A DNA stretch of 64,000 nt from an uncultured Gammaproteobacteria bacterium (GCA_963976285.1 CAXBJY010000005.1:75242-139241), one strand, 5' to 3'; positions 18,448 to 28,767 are shown, counted from the stretch's first letter. The notes: generated from the sequence alone by a model not told the origin. A program made the numbers and translations.

Positions 18448-19656
18448 TCAGTGACCGACCGGGGTTTCGATGCCCGTCGGGGTATAGCCGATCTGTTCGA
18501 CGGAGCGCAGGAACTCGCCGGAATCCGCCGCGTAGACATCGATCGCATTGCGCGCCACAGCGGCGGTGAATAGCAGCGGCGCGGCATCCTGGGTCAGCGC
18601 GATCAGGCCGGTGTCGGCACGCGTCTCGATGACGCCGCGGCGCTGCAGGCTTGCGAGGTCGTACACCCAGATGTGCCGGCCCGGGTCCTTGCGCGTTTCC
18701 TGACCGCCACCGCGATGCACGATCGAAAACAGCCGCTGACTCGCCGCGTGTACCGCGAGATGGCGGACCCCGCCGATCCGCCATCCGTCGGCGCGTTCCG
18801 CATCGCTGAGCAGCGAGACGGGTGGCGAGAACCGAGGCGCGGCGGTGCGGGCGTCGACCCGGTACAACGAACCGTCGAACGATACGAAGTGCCACACACC
18901 ATTCGCGCGCACGCCTTTTTCGCTCAGCGGATCACCCTCCGGATCGAAGAACGGTTGCGAGCGGGTCGTGCTCAGCGCGGTGCCCGCGTCATCGAGTTCG
19001 ACGGCCAGCAGCGAGCCGTCGCCGCACAGCGAAAAGAATCGCCGCGGACCGCTTGGGTAGATCAGAGCGCAGCCCGGGGTTTCGATTTCGCCGACGAAAC
19101 GTCGCGCCGGCAGATCGACAACGCTGACGGACGTCGCCGGGGTGAGGTTGAAGATCAGCATGAAGCGATCGTCGTCCGTGAGCACCGCGTTGTGCGGGGT
19201 CGGGATCGTCGAGGCGCGTTTGTCCGGAATGTCGATCTCGGCGATCGGCGCCAGGTTCGTCGGCGAGTAGATCGACACGACATCATCGCGTTTGCCGCGC
19301 GTATAGCGGCTGTAATACGTCTCCGCGGAATAGATTTCGCGGTGATGCCGCGGCAGGGTCAATTGCGTGAACGAATAACCCGTACTGAGCATGCCGAGGA
19401 AGCGACCACTGTCGCCGTCGATCAGGGATGCACGCCCGTCGGTCATGTAGTCGTAGACCATGTCGTACACCCATAGCCAGTGCGGATCGGGTTTCGCCGG
19501 CAGCGTATTCACGCGATTCAGGGGTTCGGGTGCGAGTTCCGCGGCCGTTGCGGATCCGGCCGGCAGGGCGATGACCCAGCCGATGAGCGCGATCGCCTGC
19601 CACCCGCGCAGTACGGCAATGAAGGGGCGGCACTTGCCTGCGCTGCGATGGTCCAT
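18448..19656 (-). CDS. mauB: TTQ amine dehydrogenase large beta-propeller subunit (MauB/AauB family)
   Basis: IDGDSGRFLGM, ETYYSR..RG.R.D, NLTPATSVSVVD, PGCALIYP, SLCGDG. Confidence 0.9.
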   Translation of the reverse strand: MDHRSAGKCRPFIAVLRGWQAIALIGWVIALPAGSATAAELAPEPLNRVNTLPAKPDPHWLWVYDMVYDYMTDGRASLIDGDSGRFLGMLSTGYSFTQLTLPRHHREIYSAETYYSRYTRGKRDDVVSIYSPTNLAPIAEIDIPDKRASTIPTPHNAVLTDDDRFMLIFNLTPATSVSVVDLPARRFVGEIETPGCALIYPSGPRRFFSLCGDGSLLAVELDDAGTALSTTRSQPFFDPEGDPLSEKGVRANGVWHFVSFDGSLYRVDARTAAPRFSPPVSLLSDAERADGWRIGGVRHLAVHAASQRLFSIVHRGGGQETRKDPGRHIWVYDLASLQRRGVIETRADTGLIALTQDAAPLLFTAAVARNAIDVYAADSGEFLRSVEQIGYTPTGIETPVGH

Positions 19657-19870
19657 GGGCGTCTATGCTACGACAGCAGTTCCCGGCTACCAAGACCGAC
19701 GCCACCGTTGTCGCGCACCCGGATCGCCGACACGTGCCGCAACGACGCGCCTCGGGTCGTTGCATTTGACGTTCGGCGCCGGCGTGGCGCATATTCAAAT
19801 GCCGTGGGCCGTGAACGTTCGCCGCAACGAGGGGCGCTTTTTTTTGGGAATTTCTCTGGATTCTGCCGGC

Positions 19871-21538
19871 ATGCTGCTGGGCGGGCTCGGCCTGCTGCTG
19901 ATCGGCATGAGTCTGATGACCGAAGGCCTGAAGCTCGCAGCCGGCAGCGCCTTGCGCGACATTCTCGCGCGCTGGACGAGCAATCGCGTGCGCGGACTCC
20001 TGTCGGGTTTCGGGATTACGACGCTCGTGCAGTCGTCGAGCGCCGTCACGGTAGCAACGATCGGATTTGCGAACGCGAACCTGCTGTCCCTGCAGCAGGC
20101 CGTGTGGGTGATCTTCGGCAGCAACGTCGGCACGACGATGACCGGCTGGATCGTCGCGCTCGTCGGTTTCAAGCTGAATGTCGAAGCGTTCGCGCTGCCG
20201 CTCGTCGGGTTCGGCGTCATGCTGAAAATTTCCGGCGAACGCAGCCGGCGTGCCGCGTTCGGTCAGGCGCTCGTCGGCTTCGGCCTGCTGTTCCTCGGCA
20301 TCGGGGTACTGAAAGAAACGTTCGATGCGTTCGGCGAGCACATGAGCCTGCCGATACTCGAAGGGCCGGCACTGCTGACGACCGCCGTGTACGTACTCGC
20401 CGGGGTGCTGTTGACGACGGTGATGCAATCCTCGAGCGCCGCGCTCGTCGTTGCGCTCAGTGCGGCTGAGGGGGGCATGATCCCGCTGGCCGCGGCCGCC
20501 GCGGTTGTGATCGGCGCGAACCTCGGCACGACGACGACGGCGCTGATCGCAGTGTGGGGCGCGACTCCGACGGCGAAACGCGTGGCCCTCAGTCATGTTG
20601 CGTTCAATATCGTCACGGCGACGGTCGCGATGATTATCCTGCAACCGATGCTGCTGCTCGTCGAATGGTTGCGCGAAGCATTCACTTTGCCCGCGGCGCC
20701 GGCGACCACGCTGGCGGTGTTTCATTCGGCATTCAATGTGCTCGGCGTGTTGCTCATGTGGCCCGTTGCCGATCGCATGATCGCATTCCTGTTACGCCGC
20801 TTTCAGTCACAGGAGGAAGTCGAATCGCGGCCGAAGTTCCTCGACACGACGAGCCTCGGTCTGCCGTATATCGCCGGTGAAGCACTCGCGAACGAAGTTG
20901 GCCGGGTCAGCACGATCGCACGCGGTGCGGTACTCAGCGCATTGAGCGTCGAAGGCGCCAGCGCGCAAACAATGGAACGCGAACAGCACATTGCGCGCAG
21001 CCTTATCGGCGCGATTGGTTCGTACTCGGCGGAACTGGGTCGCATGGAGCTACCCGAGGCGATCGCGACACTGTTGCCGAGTTACCTGCGTTCGGCGCAA
21101 CAATCCGCGAGCGTGATCGAAATCGCGCAGCAGATGATCGCGGTGCAGGCGGAACTCGGCGAACTGTCCGACGAGCGGCTCGATGAACCGGTACAGGGTT
21201 TCCGGCGCGAGGCCATGCGCGTAATCGAGGCAGTCGGCACCGGACAGGCGGAAACCGCTCCGGCTCAGACCGACGTGCTGATCGCTGAACTCGACCGGGT
21301 GTACGAAGAAGCGAAACAGGCAGCGCTCCACGAAGGCGTGAGTGGCCGCCTTGGTGTGTTGCAAATGGATGCCTTGCTCCGCTATCTCGCCCTTTCCCGC
21401 CGTGCGGCGAAGCAACTCGCGAAAGCGGCCCGCCGGCTCACGGTAATTCGTACCGCCCTCGACGCCGGCCAGACCGCGCCGGGGGCGCACGAAGGCAAAG
21501 ACGCAGACGCAGACAGTTTCGAAGCGCGGTCCGACTGA
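19871..21538 (+). CDS. Na+/Pi cotransporter (NptA/YjbB family)
   Basis: GGLGLLLIGM, two QSSSA repeats, GSNVGTT and GANLGTT; start approximate. Confidence 0.9.
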   Translation: MLLGGLGLLLIGMSLMTEGLKLAAGSALRDILARWTSNRVRGLLSGFGITTLVQSSSAVTVATIGFANANLLSLQQAVWVIFGSNVGTTMTGWIVALVGFKLNVEAFALPLVGFGVMLKISGERSRRAAFGQALVGFGLLFLGIGVLKETFDAFGEHMSLPILEGPALLTTAVYVLAGVLLTTVMQSSSAALVVALSAAEGGMIPLAAAAAVVIGANLGTTTTALIAVWGATPTAKRVALSHVAFNIVTATVAMIILQPMLLLVEWLREAFTLPAAPATTLAVFHSAFNVLGVLLMWPVADRMIAFLLRRFQSQEEVESRPKFLDTTSLGLPYIAGEALANEVGRVSTIARGAVLSALSVEGASAQTMEREQHIARSLIGAIGSYSAELGRMELPEAIATLLPSYLRSAQQSASVIEIAQQMIAVQAELGELSDERLDEPVQGFRREAMRVIEAVGTGQAETAPAQTDVLIAELDRVYEEAKQAALHEGVSGRLGVLQMDALLRYLALSRRAAKQLAKAARRLTVIRTALDAGQTAPGAHEGKDADADSFEARSD

Positions 21539-21778
21539 ACGCGAACCGTCGCGCGCGTGCCACGGTCGCGGCGCAGCGGTTGCGTCGGGGCAGGTTCGGA
21601 GCGGTGATCGCGGTCGCGAAAAATCCGGATTCGTACGCGGCAACGGCGGGGGGGTGACCGGGTTCTGCTTCGCCGCTGGCGTGAAAATCAATCACGGGTT
21701 CATGCCAGACCAAGGGGCGGGGCGAGCGCCGCTGTTGCGGTCATCGTCGCGAGACTCGCGCGGTCGCGGCGTCGGCAC

Positions 21779-23122
21779 TCAGCGACGAAAACGCGCGCCG
21801 GGGTGGCGGCTGGACAAGCGCGGTGAGCCGAACAGCTTTTCCCGCAGCGCGCCGTCGGCATATTCCGCTTGCATGAGTCCGCGTTGCTTCAGGATCGGCG
21901 CGACGCCCTCGATGAAATCGACAAACGTTCCCGGGGTCGTCGCATAGACGAGGTTGAAGCCGTCGAGCCCGGTAGCCGCGAGCGCTTCGAGCCGGTCCGC
22001 GATCTGCTCCGCGCTGCCAACGAGCCACTGTCCGCTCATCTGACGTCGCGCGAGATCGCCGAACGTCAGCGTCTTGTCGGGCGTTTGATCGGCGAAGCTC
22101 TTGAGAAAACCGAGCACCCCGTTGAAATCGAATTCCGCGATCGGTTTCGTCAAATCGACCGCGCCGAGGTCCGCGCCGAGGTGCCCGCTCATGTGCGCGA
22201 GACCGGCTTCAACGGACAGGGTTTCACCGAGTTCCGAAGCTTTCGCCTGAGCTTCGGCTTCGGTTCCGCCAATGACGAGGGAAACCCCGAGACAGAATTT
22301 CAGATCGTCGGGATGACGGCCAAATTTCTCGGCCCGGGCGCGGACGTCGGCGATTAGTTTTTCCCGCCCGCTACCGACGATAAAAATACATTCGGCATGG
22401 CGTGCCGCAAATTCGCGCCCGCGGTCCGAGGAGCCGGCCTGAAACAGCAGTGGCGTGCGTTGCCGGGACGGCTCGCACAGGTGCGGGCCCGGTACCCGGT
22501 AGTAGGGTCCGTCATGATCGATGCGATGCACTTTTGCGGGATCGGCGTAAATACCGCGGCCCGTGTCGCGCACGACCGCGTCATCTTCCCAGCTCCCTTC
22601 CCAGAGCTTGTACAACACGTCGAGGTAATCGTCGCCGCGGTCGTAGCGATCATCGTGCCGGGGCAGATCGTCGAAACCGAGGTTCTGTGCCGCGCTCGGC
22701 AGGTAGGACGTCACGATGTTCCAGGCGATGCGTCCGTCAGTGAGATGATCGAGCGTCGATGCGCGGCGTGCGAAATTGAACGGGTGTTCGGCGAGCACGG
22801 AACCGGTGAACGCGAAGCCGAGGTGTTGCGTCGCATGTGCCATCGCCGGGATCAGCAGGCTCGGATCGTTGATCGGGATCTGCATCGCTTCGCGGATCGC
22901 GGTCTCGGCGCTGCCTTTGTAGTTGTCGTAGACGCCGCTGACGTCGGCGAGGAACAGCGTGTCGAACTTCGCGCGTTCGAGCAGGGTTGCGAGTTCCACC
23001 CAGGGGTCGAGCGAGGCGTAATCGAGTTGTCGCGTATCCGGTCGCCGCCACAGGCCGTGATGAATGTGCGATACGCAGTTCATCGAGAAAGCATTGAACA
23101 ACAGACGTTTCGGCGGGGTCAT
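21779..23122 (-). CDS. NtaA/DszA/SoxA-family FMN-dependent monooxygenase (LLM class)
   Basis: FDTLFLAD, TLDHLTDGRIAWNIVTS, QRTPLLFQAGSS. Confidence 0.92.
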   Translation of the reverse strand: MTPPKRLLFNAFSMNCVSHIHHGLWRRPDTRQLDYASLDPWVELATLLERAKFDTLFLADVSGVYDNYKGSAETAIREAMQIPINDPSLLIPAMAHATQHLGFAFTGSVLAEHPFNFARRASTLDHLTDGRIAWNIVTSYLPSAAQNLGFDDLPRHDDRYDRGDDYLDVLYKLWEGSWEDDAVVRDTGRGIYADPAKVHRIDHDGPYYRVPGPHLCEPSRQRTPLLFQAGSSDRGREFAARHAECIFIVGSGREKLIADVRARAEKFGRHPDDLKFCLGVSLVIGGTEAEAQAKASELGETLSVEAGLAHMSGHLGADLGAVDLTKPIAEFDFNGVLGFLKSFADQTPDKTLTFGDLARRQMSGQWLVGSAEQIADRLEALAATGLDGFNLVYATTPGTFVDFIEGVAPILKQRGLMQAEYADGALREKLFGSPRLSSRHPGARFRR

Positions 23123-23310
23123 GCGTTAGTCGGGTCGCGCGGGGAATGGGGGAGACGTATCGTCTCCGAAATGACCGGCGTTCGCAAAACGCGTTTGCCG
23201 GTGCTCGCACGGCGGCGGGTAAGACCCGGGCGGTCCGTTTGCGCCCGGCGCGGGTTGCTCGATTGTTGCGACGCAACGAAAAATTGAAACCCTGTGCCAT
23301 TATCGGTGGC

Positions 23311-23530
23311 ATGAGTGATTCGGAAGTCTCAGTCCGCGAATCCAAGCTGGCGAAACGGCGCCGCCGTATTCTCACCGAGGCGCGTCGTTTGATTGCGCAC
23401 GGTGGCGTCGAGCGGGCGGGTGGAACACTTCATCTTCGGACGCAAGGAACCGGCGTTGCACGATTGCCTCGAGAACTACGGTGACGCGCTCGGGTTACCG
23501 CCCCTGGAAGAGTATCGCGCGGCGGGCTGA
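23311..23530 (+). pseudogene. Chimeric remnant: TetR-like 5' end joined out of frame to the 3' end of another gene
   Basis: MSDSEVSVRESKLAKRRRRILTEARRLIAHGGVE ends before the HTH; another frame reads GRVEHFIFGRKEPALHDCLENYGDALGLPPLEEYRAAG*. Confidence 0.55.
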
Positions 23531-23663
23531 AGCGGCAGTCGATCGGGCGGCCGCATCCGGCTCAAACGTCGGGTCGAACGATGAAACTCAGGCGGAGGAC
23601 GGACCGGGGAAACCGGTCTCGCGCCTCGGATCGGTGTTGCACCGCGGAGTTGAACTTGCGAAC

Positions 23664-23695
23664 GCCCGACCACCGTTGGGCGGTGGTCGGGCTTT
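23664..23695. terminator. Intrinsic terminator-like hairpin downstream of the GS gene
   Basis: GCCCGACCACCG-TTGGG-CGGTGGTCGGGC-TTT, 12-bp stem. Confidence 0.75.
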
Positions 23696-23714
23696 CGTGG
23701 GTTGGCGGGTTGCG

Positions 23715-24731
23715 CTAGAAGCCGGCCTCTTTCGTCGTTTTCACGATCGCGGCCGCAACTTTGTACGGATCCGCGTTCGATGCGGGACGGCGATCTTCAA
23801 GCCGGCCTTTCCAGCCGTCTTCAACCGTGCCGATCGGGATCCGGATCGATGCGCCACGGTCGGAAACCCCGTAGCTGAACTGCTCGATCGACTGCGTTTC
23901 GTGCTTGCCGGTCAGACGCTTGTCATTGTGCGCGCCGTAGACGTTGATATGGCGTCCGATGTTCTTGCCGAATTCCTCACAGATTTTCGTGAACGTGTCC
24001 TCGTTGCCGGATTCACGCATCGCGCCGTTCGAAAAATTCGCGTGCATACCGGAGCCGTTCCAGTCCGTCTCGCCGAGCGGTTTCGGATGCCATTCGATCG
24101 CGTAGCCGTGCTTCTCCGCCGTGCGTTCGAGCAGGTAACGTGCAATCCACGTTTCATCCCCGGCTTTCTTCGCGCTTTTCTGGAACACCTGGAATTCCCA
24201 CTGGCCAGCGGCCACTTCGGCGTTGATGCCTTCGACATTGAGCCCGGCTTCCAGGCACTGGTCGAGGTGTTCTTCGATCACTTCACGGCCGTAGGAGTTC
24301 TTCGCGCCCACTGAACAGTAGTAGGGACCCTGGGGCCGCGGGTAACCGGCGCGCGGGAACCCGGGCGGGAGATCCGTTTCCGGATCCCACAGGAAGTACT
24401 CCTGTTCGAACCCGAACCAGAAGTCCTCGTCGTCGTCGGCGACATCGATCGTCGCGCGGCCGTTCGAGACATGCGGCGTACCGTCGGCATTCAGGACCTC
24501 GGTCATCACGAGGTAGGCATTCTTGCGGTCGGGGTCGGGGTAGACCGCGACGGGTTTCAGCAGGCAGTCCGACGCGCTGCCATCGGCCTGTTCCGTCGAG
24601 CTGCCGTCGAAAGACCACATCGGGCAGTCTTCGAGTTTGCCGCTGAAACCCTTTTCTACGCGCGTCTTGCTGCGCAGGCTCTGTGTTGGTTTGTATCCGT
24701 CCAGCCAGATGTACTCCAACTTGCTTTTCAT
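23715..24731 (-). CDS. glnII: Glutamine synthetase type II
   Basis: 338 aa; LEYIWLDG, LRSKTR, WSFDGSST, GFEQEY, PQGPYYC, DWNGSGMH, RLTGKHET, EDRRPASN. Confidence 0.93.
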   Translation of the reverse strand: MKSKLEYIWLDGYKPTQSLRSKTRVEKGFSGKLEDCPMWSFDGSSTEQADGSASDCLLKPVAVYPDPDRKNAYLVMTEVLNADGTPHVSNGRATIDVADDDEDFWFGFEQEYFLWDPETDLPPGFPRAGYPRPQGPYYCSVGAKNSYGREVIEEHLDQCLEAGLNVEGINAEVAAGQWEFQVFQKSAKKAGDETWIARYLLERTAEKHGYAIEWHPKPLGETDWNGSGMHANFSNGAMRESGNEDTFTKICEEFGKNIGRHINVYGAHNDKRLTGKHETQSIEQFSYGVSDRGASIRIPIGTVEDGWKGRLEDRRPASNADPYKVAAAIVKTTKEAGF

Positions 24732-24783
24732 GATGTCGTGCGCTCCTAATCGTCTGCAGGTTCGTCAATAGATACCCGGCCCC

Positions 24784-24799
24784 TGCAATAAGCGTTCCG
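24784..24799 (-). promoter_or_regulatory. Sigma54 promoter of glnII
   Basis: Minus strand CGGAACGCTTATTGCA = GG-N10-GC. Confidence 0.6.
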
Positions 24800-24964
24800 C
24801 TTTTCAGAAGTCGTGCCGCCGGACCGATCGGGAACCCGGGACCGACTCTCAGCACGACGGCGGTGGCGGCGAATTATCTTGCCGATACAGCGCCTTAGGA
24901 GGTTGCAGTACGCGGGCCGCCGGAACCGGGTGACGCCGGCCCGGGAACGGGCGGAACCGGGCGC

Positions 24965-25033
24965 CGCACGTTATCAGTGCGTGATTGCACTACACTGGAT
25001 CGCCTGATCCGACGGACGCACCATACTGGGGCG
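24965..25033. promoter_or_regulatory. NtrC-like enhancer boxes
   Basis: CGCAC-N7-GTGCG (24965-24981), TGCACTACACTGGATCG (24986-25002), CGCACCATACTGGGGCG (25017-25033). Confidence 0.6.
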
Positions 25034-25065
25034 TCGATTCGGCGGCGCGGGCGGATGGCGCGGTG

Positions 25066-26040
25066 CTAAGCGGGTCGCCAGTGGCTCTTGCCCCAGTCTT
25101 CCTGCAGCAGGCGTATCAGTTCCGACCAGTCATGCAGCCGTTCGTCCGGCGCCTTGGCAATGCAGCGCATCGCGACGGTCTCGAGCAGGCGAGGGGGCTT
25201 TGGCGTCACGAATTCGCTTGGCCACGGCGGGTCCACGTTGTGGATCTGCTCGATGACCTCGTCGACGGTTTCACCCGGCGACGGCAGCCGCCCGCTGAGG
25301 ATTTCGTACAGCATGACCCCGAGGCTGTAGATGTCGGAGCGGTAATCGATCGCCGGATCGCGCCGGATCTGCTCCGGCGACATATACGCGATCGTGCCCT
25401 GTAGCTGGCCCGCGCTCGTATCGCTGTCGACTTTACGGCCCGGATCTTCGGCGTCGGCGACCGGCGGATCGTCGTGGTTGCCCGATTCGTCCCAGACCTT
25501 CGCGAGGCCCCAGTCGAGCAGCAGGACTTCGCCATAGGGACCGACGAGCACATTGTCCGGCTTGATGTCGCGATGGATCACCCGGTGGCTGTGCGCGTAC
25601 TGCAGGGCGTAGGAAACCTGGATGACAACGTCGACCAACTGCCGCAAATCGTAGCGCTCACGGTAATCGAGCACCTCGCGCAGCGTGTAACCGTGAACGA
25701 GCTTCATCGTAAAGAAGTATCGCCCCCTGGAGTCGCGACTCAATTCATAGGTCGGCACCGTGTTCGGATGTTGCAGCATCGCGCTGACCCGCGCTTCGCG
25801 CAGCAGGCGTCGTTGCTCGGCCGGGTCGTCCTCGAATTCGGGGCGCAGCGTCTTGTAGCAGACCGTGCGCCCGAGGTGCAGGTCGCGACACGACTGAATT
25901 ATCGACTTGCCGCCGCGCGCAATCGTTTTGAAGTAGGCGTAGCGTGTGCTCTGGACGATTTTTTCCGGCAGCGGCTTGTCCGTGTCCTTGCGATAGAGGA
26001 CGGCGTAGTCGTCGTCCGGGGGTTCAGGAAAAGCTGTCAT
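25066..26040 (-). CDS. Ser/Thr protein kinase
   Basis: IARGG, HRDIKPDN, DWGLAK, GTIAYMSPEQ, DIYSLG. Confidence 0.92.
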   Translation of the reverse strand: MTAFPEPPDDDYAVLYRKDTDKPLPEKIVQSTRYAYFKTIARGGKSIIQSCRDLHLGRTVCYKTLRPEFEDDPAEQRRLLREARVSAMLQHPNTVPTYELSRDSRGRYFFTMKLVHGYTLREVLDYRERYDLRQLVDVVIQVSYALQYAHSHRVIHRDIKPDNVLVGPYGEVLLLDWGLAKVWDESGNHDDPPVADAEDPGRKVDSDTSAGQLQGTIAYMSPEQIRRDPAIDYRSDIYSLGVMLYEILSGRLPSPGETVDEVIEQIHNVDPPWPSEFVTPKPPRLLETVAMRCIAKAPDERLHDWSELIRLLQEDWGKSHWRPA

Positions 26041-26206
26041 CGGATTCGCGCCTGTCGGTTGTGAAGCGGGATCGCCCGCGCACCCAAAATAGCGCGTCTA
26101 CGGGTAAACGTCTAAATTCCGCCGTCGTGCGCGGTTGCTGCGCTTCTGCCGGGATCCGCATCGGTGCTACTCTCGGATCCATGAACGTTTCCGCAGCTGT
26201 GACACG

Positions 26207-27241
26207 ATGACCGAGCCGGACACACGCGCATCCACGGCAGACGGGAAATCCGGCCGCTGGCGTAACCGGCTACTCAAACTCACGACGTGGCTGCTCGCGG
26301 CGGCTTGCTTCTATGCGGTTTTCGGCAAGATCGAAGCGGCCGCGGCACGCGAACAACTGGGCGTGCTCGCTTATCTTGCGCGCTTTTTCGCCGACGCGAA
26401 CTGGCTCGCCTGGCTCGCGATCATGGTCCCGTATTCGTGTTTTTTCTTTCTCGTCGATGCACATGCGACGTGGCGGGTCGTGCGCTGGTACAACGCACCT
26501 GAGTTTCGGTTCAGGAGCATGCTGCCGATCCGGGCGAGCGCCTACATCCTGTCACTCGTGAACGAACAGGTTGGCAAGGGCGCGATCACGCTGTACCTGT
26601 GGCGGCGTCACGCGGTGCCCGCGTGGGAGGCGCTGTCGAGCATGGTGTTACTCGGCATGATGGAGATCTATCAACTGCTGCTGTTCTCGGCGATCGGTAC
26701 ATGGTTGTATTTCGATCTCGTCGGGGCTGCGTCGAGCGTGCTGCCGCTCGATCGGATCCTGCCGTGCGTGTTCGCGCTCGCCGCACTCTATTTTCCGCTG
26801 CACGTCGCGTATTTTTTCGGTCGCGTGTTGCCACGCAGTACGCTCCGCGACAGGGGTATCCTGCGCGCGTTCAGACTCGCACGCGTGCGCGACTACGCGC
26901 TCATCATCCTGTTCAAGGCGCCGAACCTGCTGGGTGCCGTCGCCGTGTACACGTTCGCGCTCGGCCTGTTCAACGTTGACGTCGGTTTCGGTCAGATGCT
27001 CGCGTTCCTGCCCGTGATCTTCCTCGCCGCCGCATTGCCGCTGCCGTTCCACGCCGGCGCGTTACTGTTGTGGACCGTACTGTTCCCGGATTACCCCGAA
27101 GTCGGCGCATTCAGCCTCGTCATGCATACGTTTTTCGTTTTGTTCAACGCGACGATCGGCCTGTTGTTCTTGCCGGCGGCGAATCGCGAATTGTTCGCGA
27201 CGACGACGGACGGCGAGGATCAGGACCCGCGCACCGCGTGA
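26207..27241 (+). CDS. Lysylphosphatidylglycerol synthase TM/flippase-like membrane protein
   Basis: Multiple TM helices, LPIRASAYILSLVN; adjacent to a lipid synthesis gene. Confidence 0.6.
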   Translation: MTEPDTRASTADGKSGRWRNRLLKLTTWLLAAACFYAVFGKIEAAAAREQLGVLAYLARFFADANWLAWLAIMVPYSCFFFLVDAHATWRVVRWYNAPEFRFRSMLPIRASAYILSLVNEQVGKGAITLYLWRRHAVPAWEALSSMVLLGMMEIYQLLLFSAIGTWLYFDLVGAASSVLPLDRILPCVFALAALYFPLHVAYFFGRVLPRSTLRDRGILRAFRLARVRDYALIILFKAPNLLGAVAVYTFALGLFNVDVGFGQMLAFLPVIFLAAALPLPFHAGALLLWTVLFPDYPEVGAFSLVMHTFFVLFNATIGLLFLPAANRELFATTTDGEDQDPRTA

Positions 27242-27750
27242 ACGAGATGCCACATACGTTCGGCAATCGAGGCAGTCGTGGCGGCAACGAGCAGCCAGCC
27301 GCCGCCCATGACGGCGGTTCGCGCCGGCGCCACGTCGGGAACGAGAACGTGGGTCACGCTCATCGCGGCCACGGCGATGTAATAGGCGATACCGTTGATC
27401 CGGCCAAGCCGCGAGGGGCGTAGCGTGCGCTCGCCGACGATGCGCGAATCGAACACGTACTGCAGGAACGCGAGTGCGATCAGCGGCGCGAGTGCGCCGG
27501 GTAACAGCCCGAGGTGCGCACCAGTCCCGGCGAGGACGGTAACGAACAGGGCATCGGCGGTATGGTCGAGCAGGGTCCCGAACGCTGTGGCCTGCCGGCG
27601 GCGGCGGGCAACGAAACCGTCGAGCAGATCGCTCGCAATCACGAACGCGAGGCCCGCCATCGCGAGTACCGCGTGGCTTTCGAGCACGGCCCAGGCAACG
27701 AGCGGGGTCAACGCGATGCGAACGGCGCTGATTGCGTTCGCGAGATTCAT
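27220..27750 (-). CDS. CDP-alcohol phosphatidyltransferase
   Basis: NLANAISAVR, DLLDGFVARR....G.LLDHTAD. Confidence 0.9.
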   Translation of the reverse strand: MNLANAISAVRIALTPLVAWAVLESHAVLAMAGLAFVIASDLLDGFVARRRRQATAFGTLLDHTADALFVTVLAGTGAHLGLLPGALAPLIALAFLQYVFDSRIVGERTLRPSRLGRINGIAYYIAVAAMSVTHVLVPDVAPARTAVMGGGWLLVAATTASIAERMWHLVHAVRGS

Positions 27751-27843
27751 CACACCTGAGCCGGGGTCGCACTGTATGGACATAGCGCGCAGTGTAACGA
27801 CTGTTCGTCCGCGGCCGCGAGTCTCGCCCCGGCACGCTTCGTC

Positions 27844-28767
27844 GTGAACCGCTGTCTTGTCACCGGCGCGAACGGACACCTTGGTCGACGACTGATTCCG
27901 GTGCTCGCGGCAAATTCGGAGGTCGTTGCACTCGTGCGCAGCGAGCGTGCGCGCGGCACCCTGCTGCGACATATCGGCAAGCTTGAACGGGTCACGGTTG
28001 CGCTGGCCGATCCGTCCAGCGCCGACGACGTTGCCCGGGTCGCCGCCGGCTGCGATCGCGCGGTTCACCTGATCGGTACGATCAAGGCAACGCGGGCAAA
28101 CCCGTTGCGCGCATCACACGAACACCCTGCCGCGGCGCTCGTTGCCGCGATGAATTCCGTGCCGATCCGGCATGTGGTTTATGTGAGCATACTCGGGACG
28201 GGGGCCGCGAGTGCAAGTGAATGCCTGCGCGCGCGGGCCGCGGTCGAGCGGATGTTCGGTGACGCCACCGCAACGGCAACGACGATCCGGGTGCCGATGG
28301 TATTGGGTGAACGCGATCGCGCAAGCTTCGCGCTCGCGAAGCGCGCGGCGGCGACGCGCGCGGTCGTGTTTCGCGCCGCGAGCCTGGAACAACCGATCTA
28401 CGCGGGCGACGTGGTCGCGGCGCTCGCGCACACACTCGCGCGGACCCCGGATCACGATCGGGTATTCGATCTCGCCGGGCCGCGTTCCTTATCGCGTCGC
28501 GAGCTGATACTCGCCGCGGGGCGTGTCATCGGGCGGCGCCCGGCCGTCGTTTCGCTGCCGTTGTTCTGTGGCATGGCGCTCGCGCGCGTGTTCGAGGCGA
28601 CGCGCGCGAATCCGCCGCTGACGCGTGACATGTTGCGGATTCTCGATCATGACGACGCTATCGATCCGCTGCCCGCGGCCGCGGTGCTCGGGATCGCGCT
28701 GACCTCGCTCGACGAGATGCTCGAGCGCTGTATTGTCGGCCGCCTGACTCAGCCGGGCACGGTATAG
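27844..28767 (+). CDS. NAD(P)-dependent epimerase/SDR oxidoreductase
   Basis: LVTGANGHLG, QPIYAGDV, DLAGP. Confidence 0.85.
   Translation: MNRCLVTGANGHLGRRLIPVLAANSEVVALVRSERARGTLLRHIGKLERVTVALADPSSADDVARVAAGCDRAVHLIGTIKATRANPLRASHEHPAAALVAAMNSVPIRHVVYVSILGTGAASASECLRARAAVERMFGDATATATTIRVPMVLGERDRASFALAKRAAATRAVVFRAASLEQPIYAGDVVAALAHTLARTPDHDRVFDLAGPRSLSRRELILAAGRVIGRRPAVVSLPLFCGMALARVFEATRANPPLTRDMLRILDHDDAIDPLPAAAVLGIALTSLDEMLERCIVGRLTQPGTV

Noticed and set aside
21560-21720. Minus-strand peptide PLVWHEPVIDFHASGE as a gene remnant
   Set aside because: Too short to assign to any family without a search
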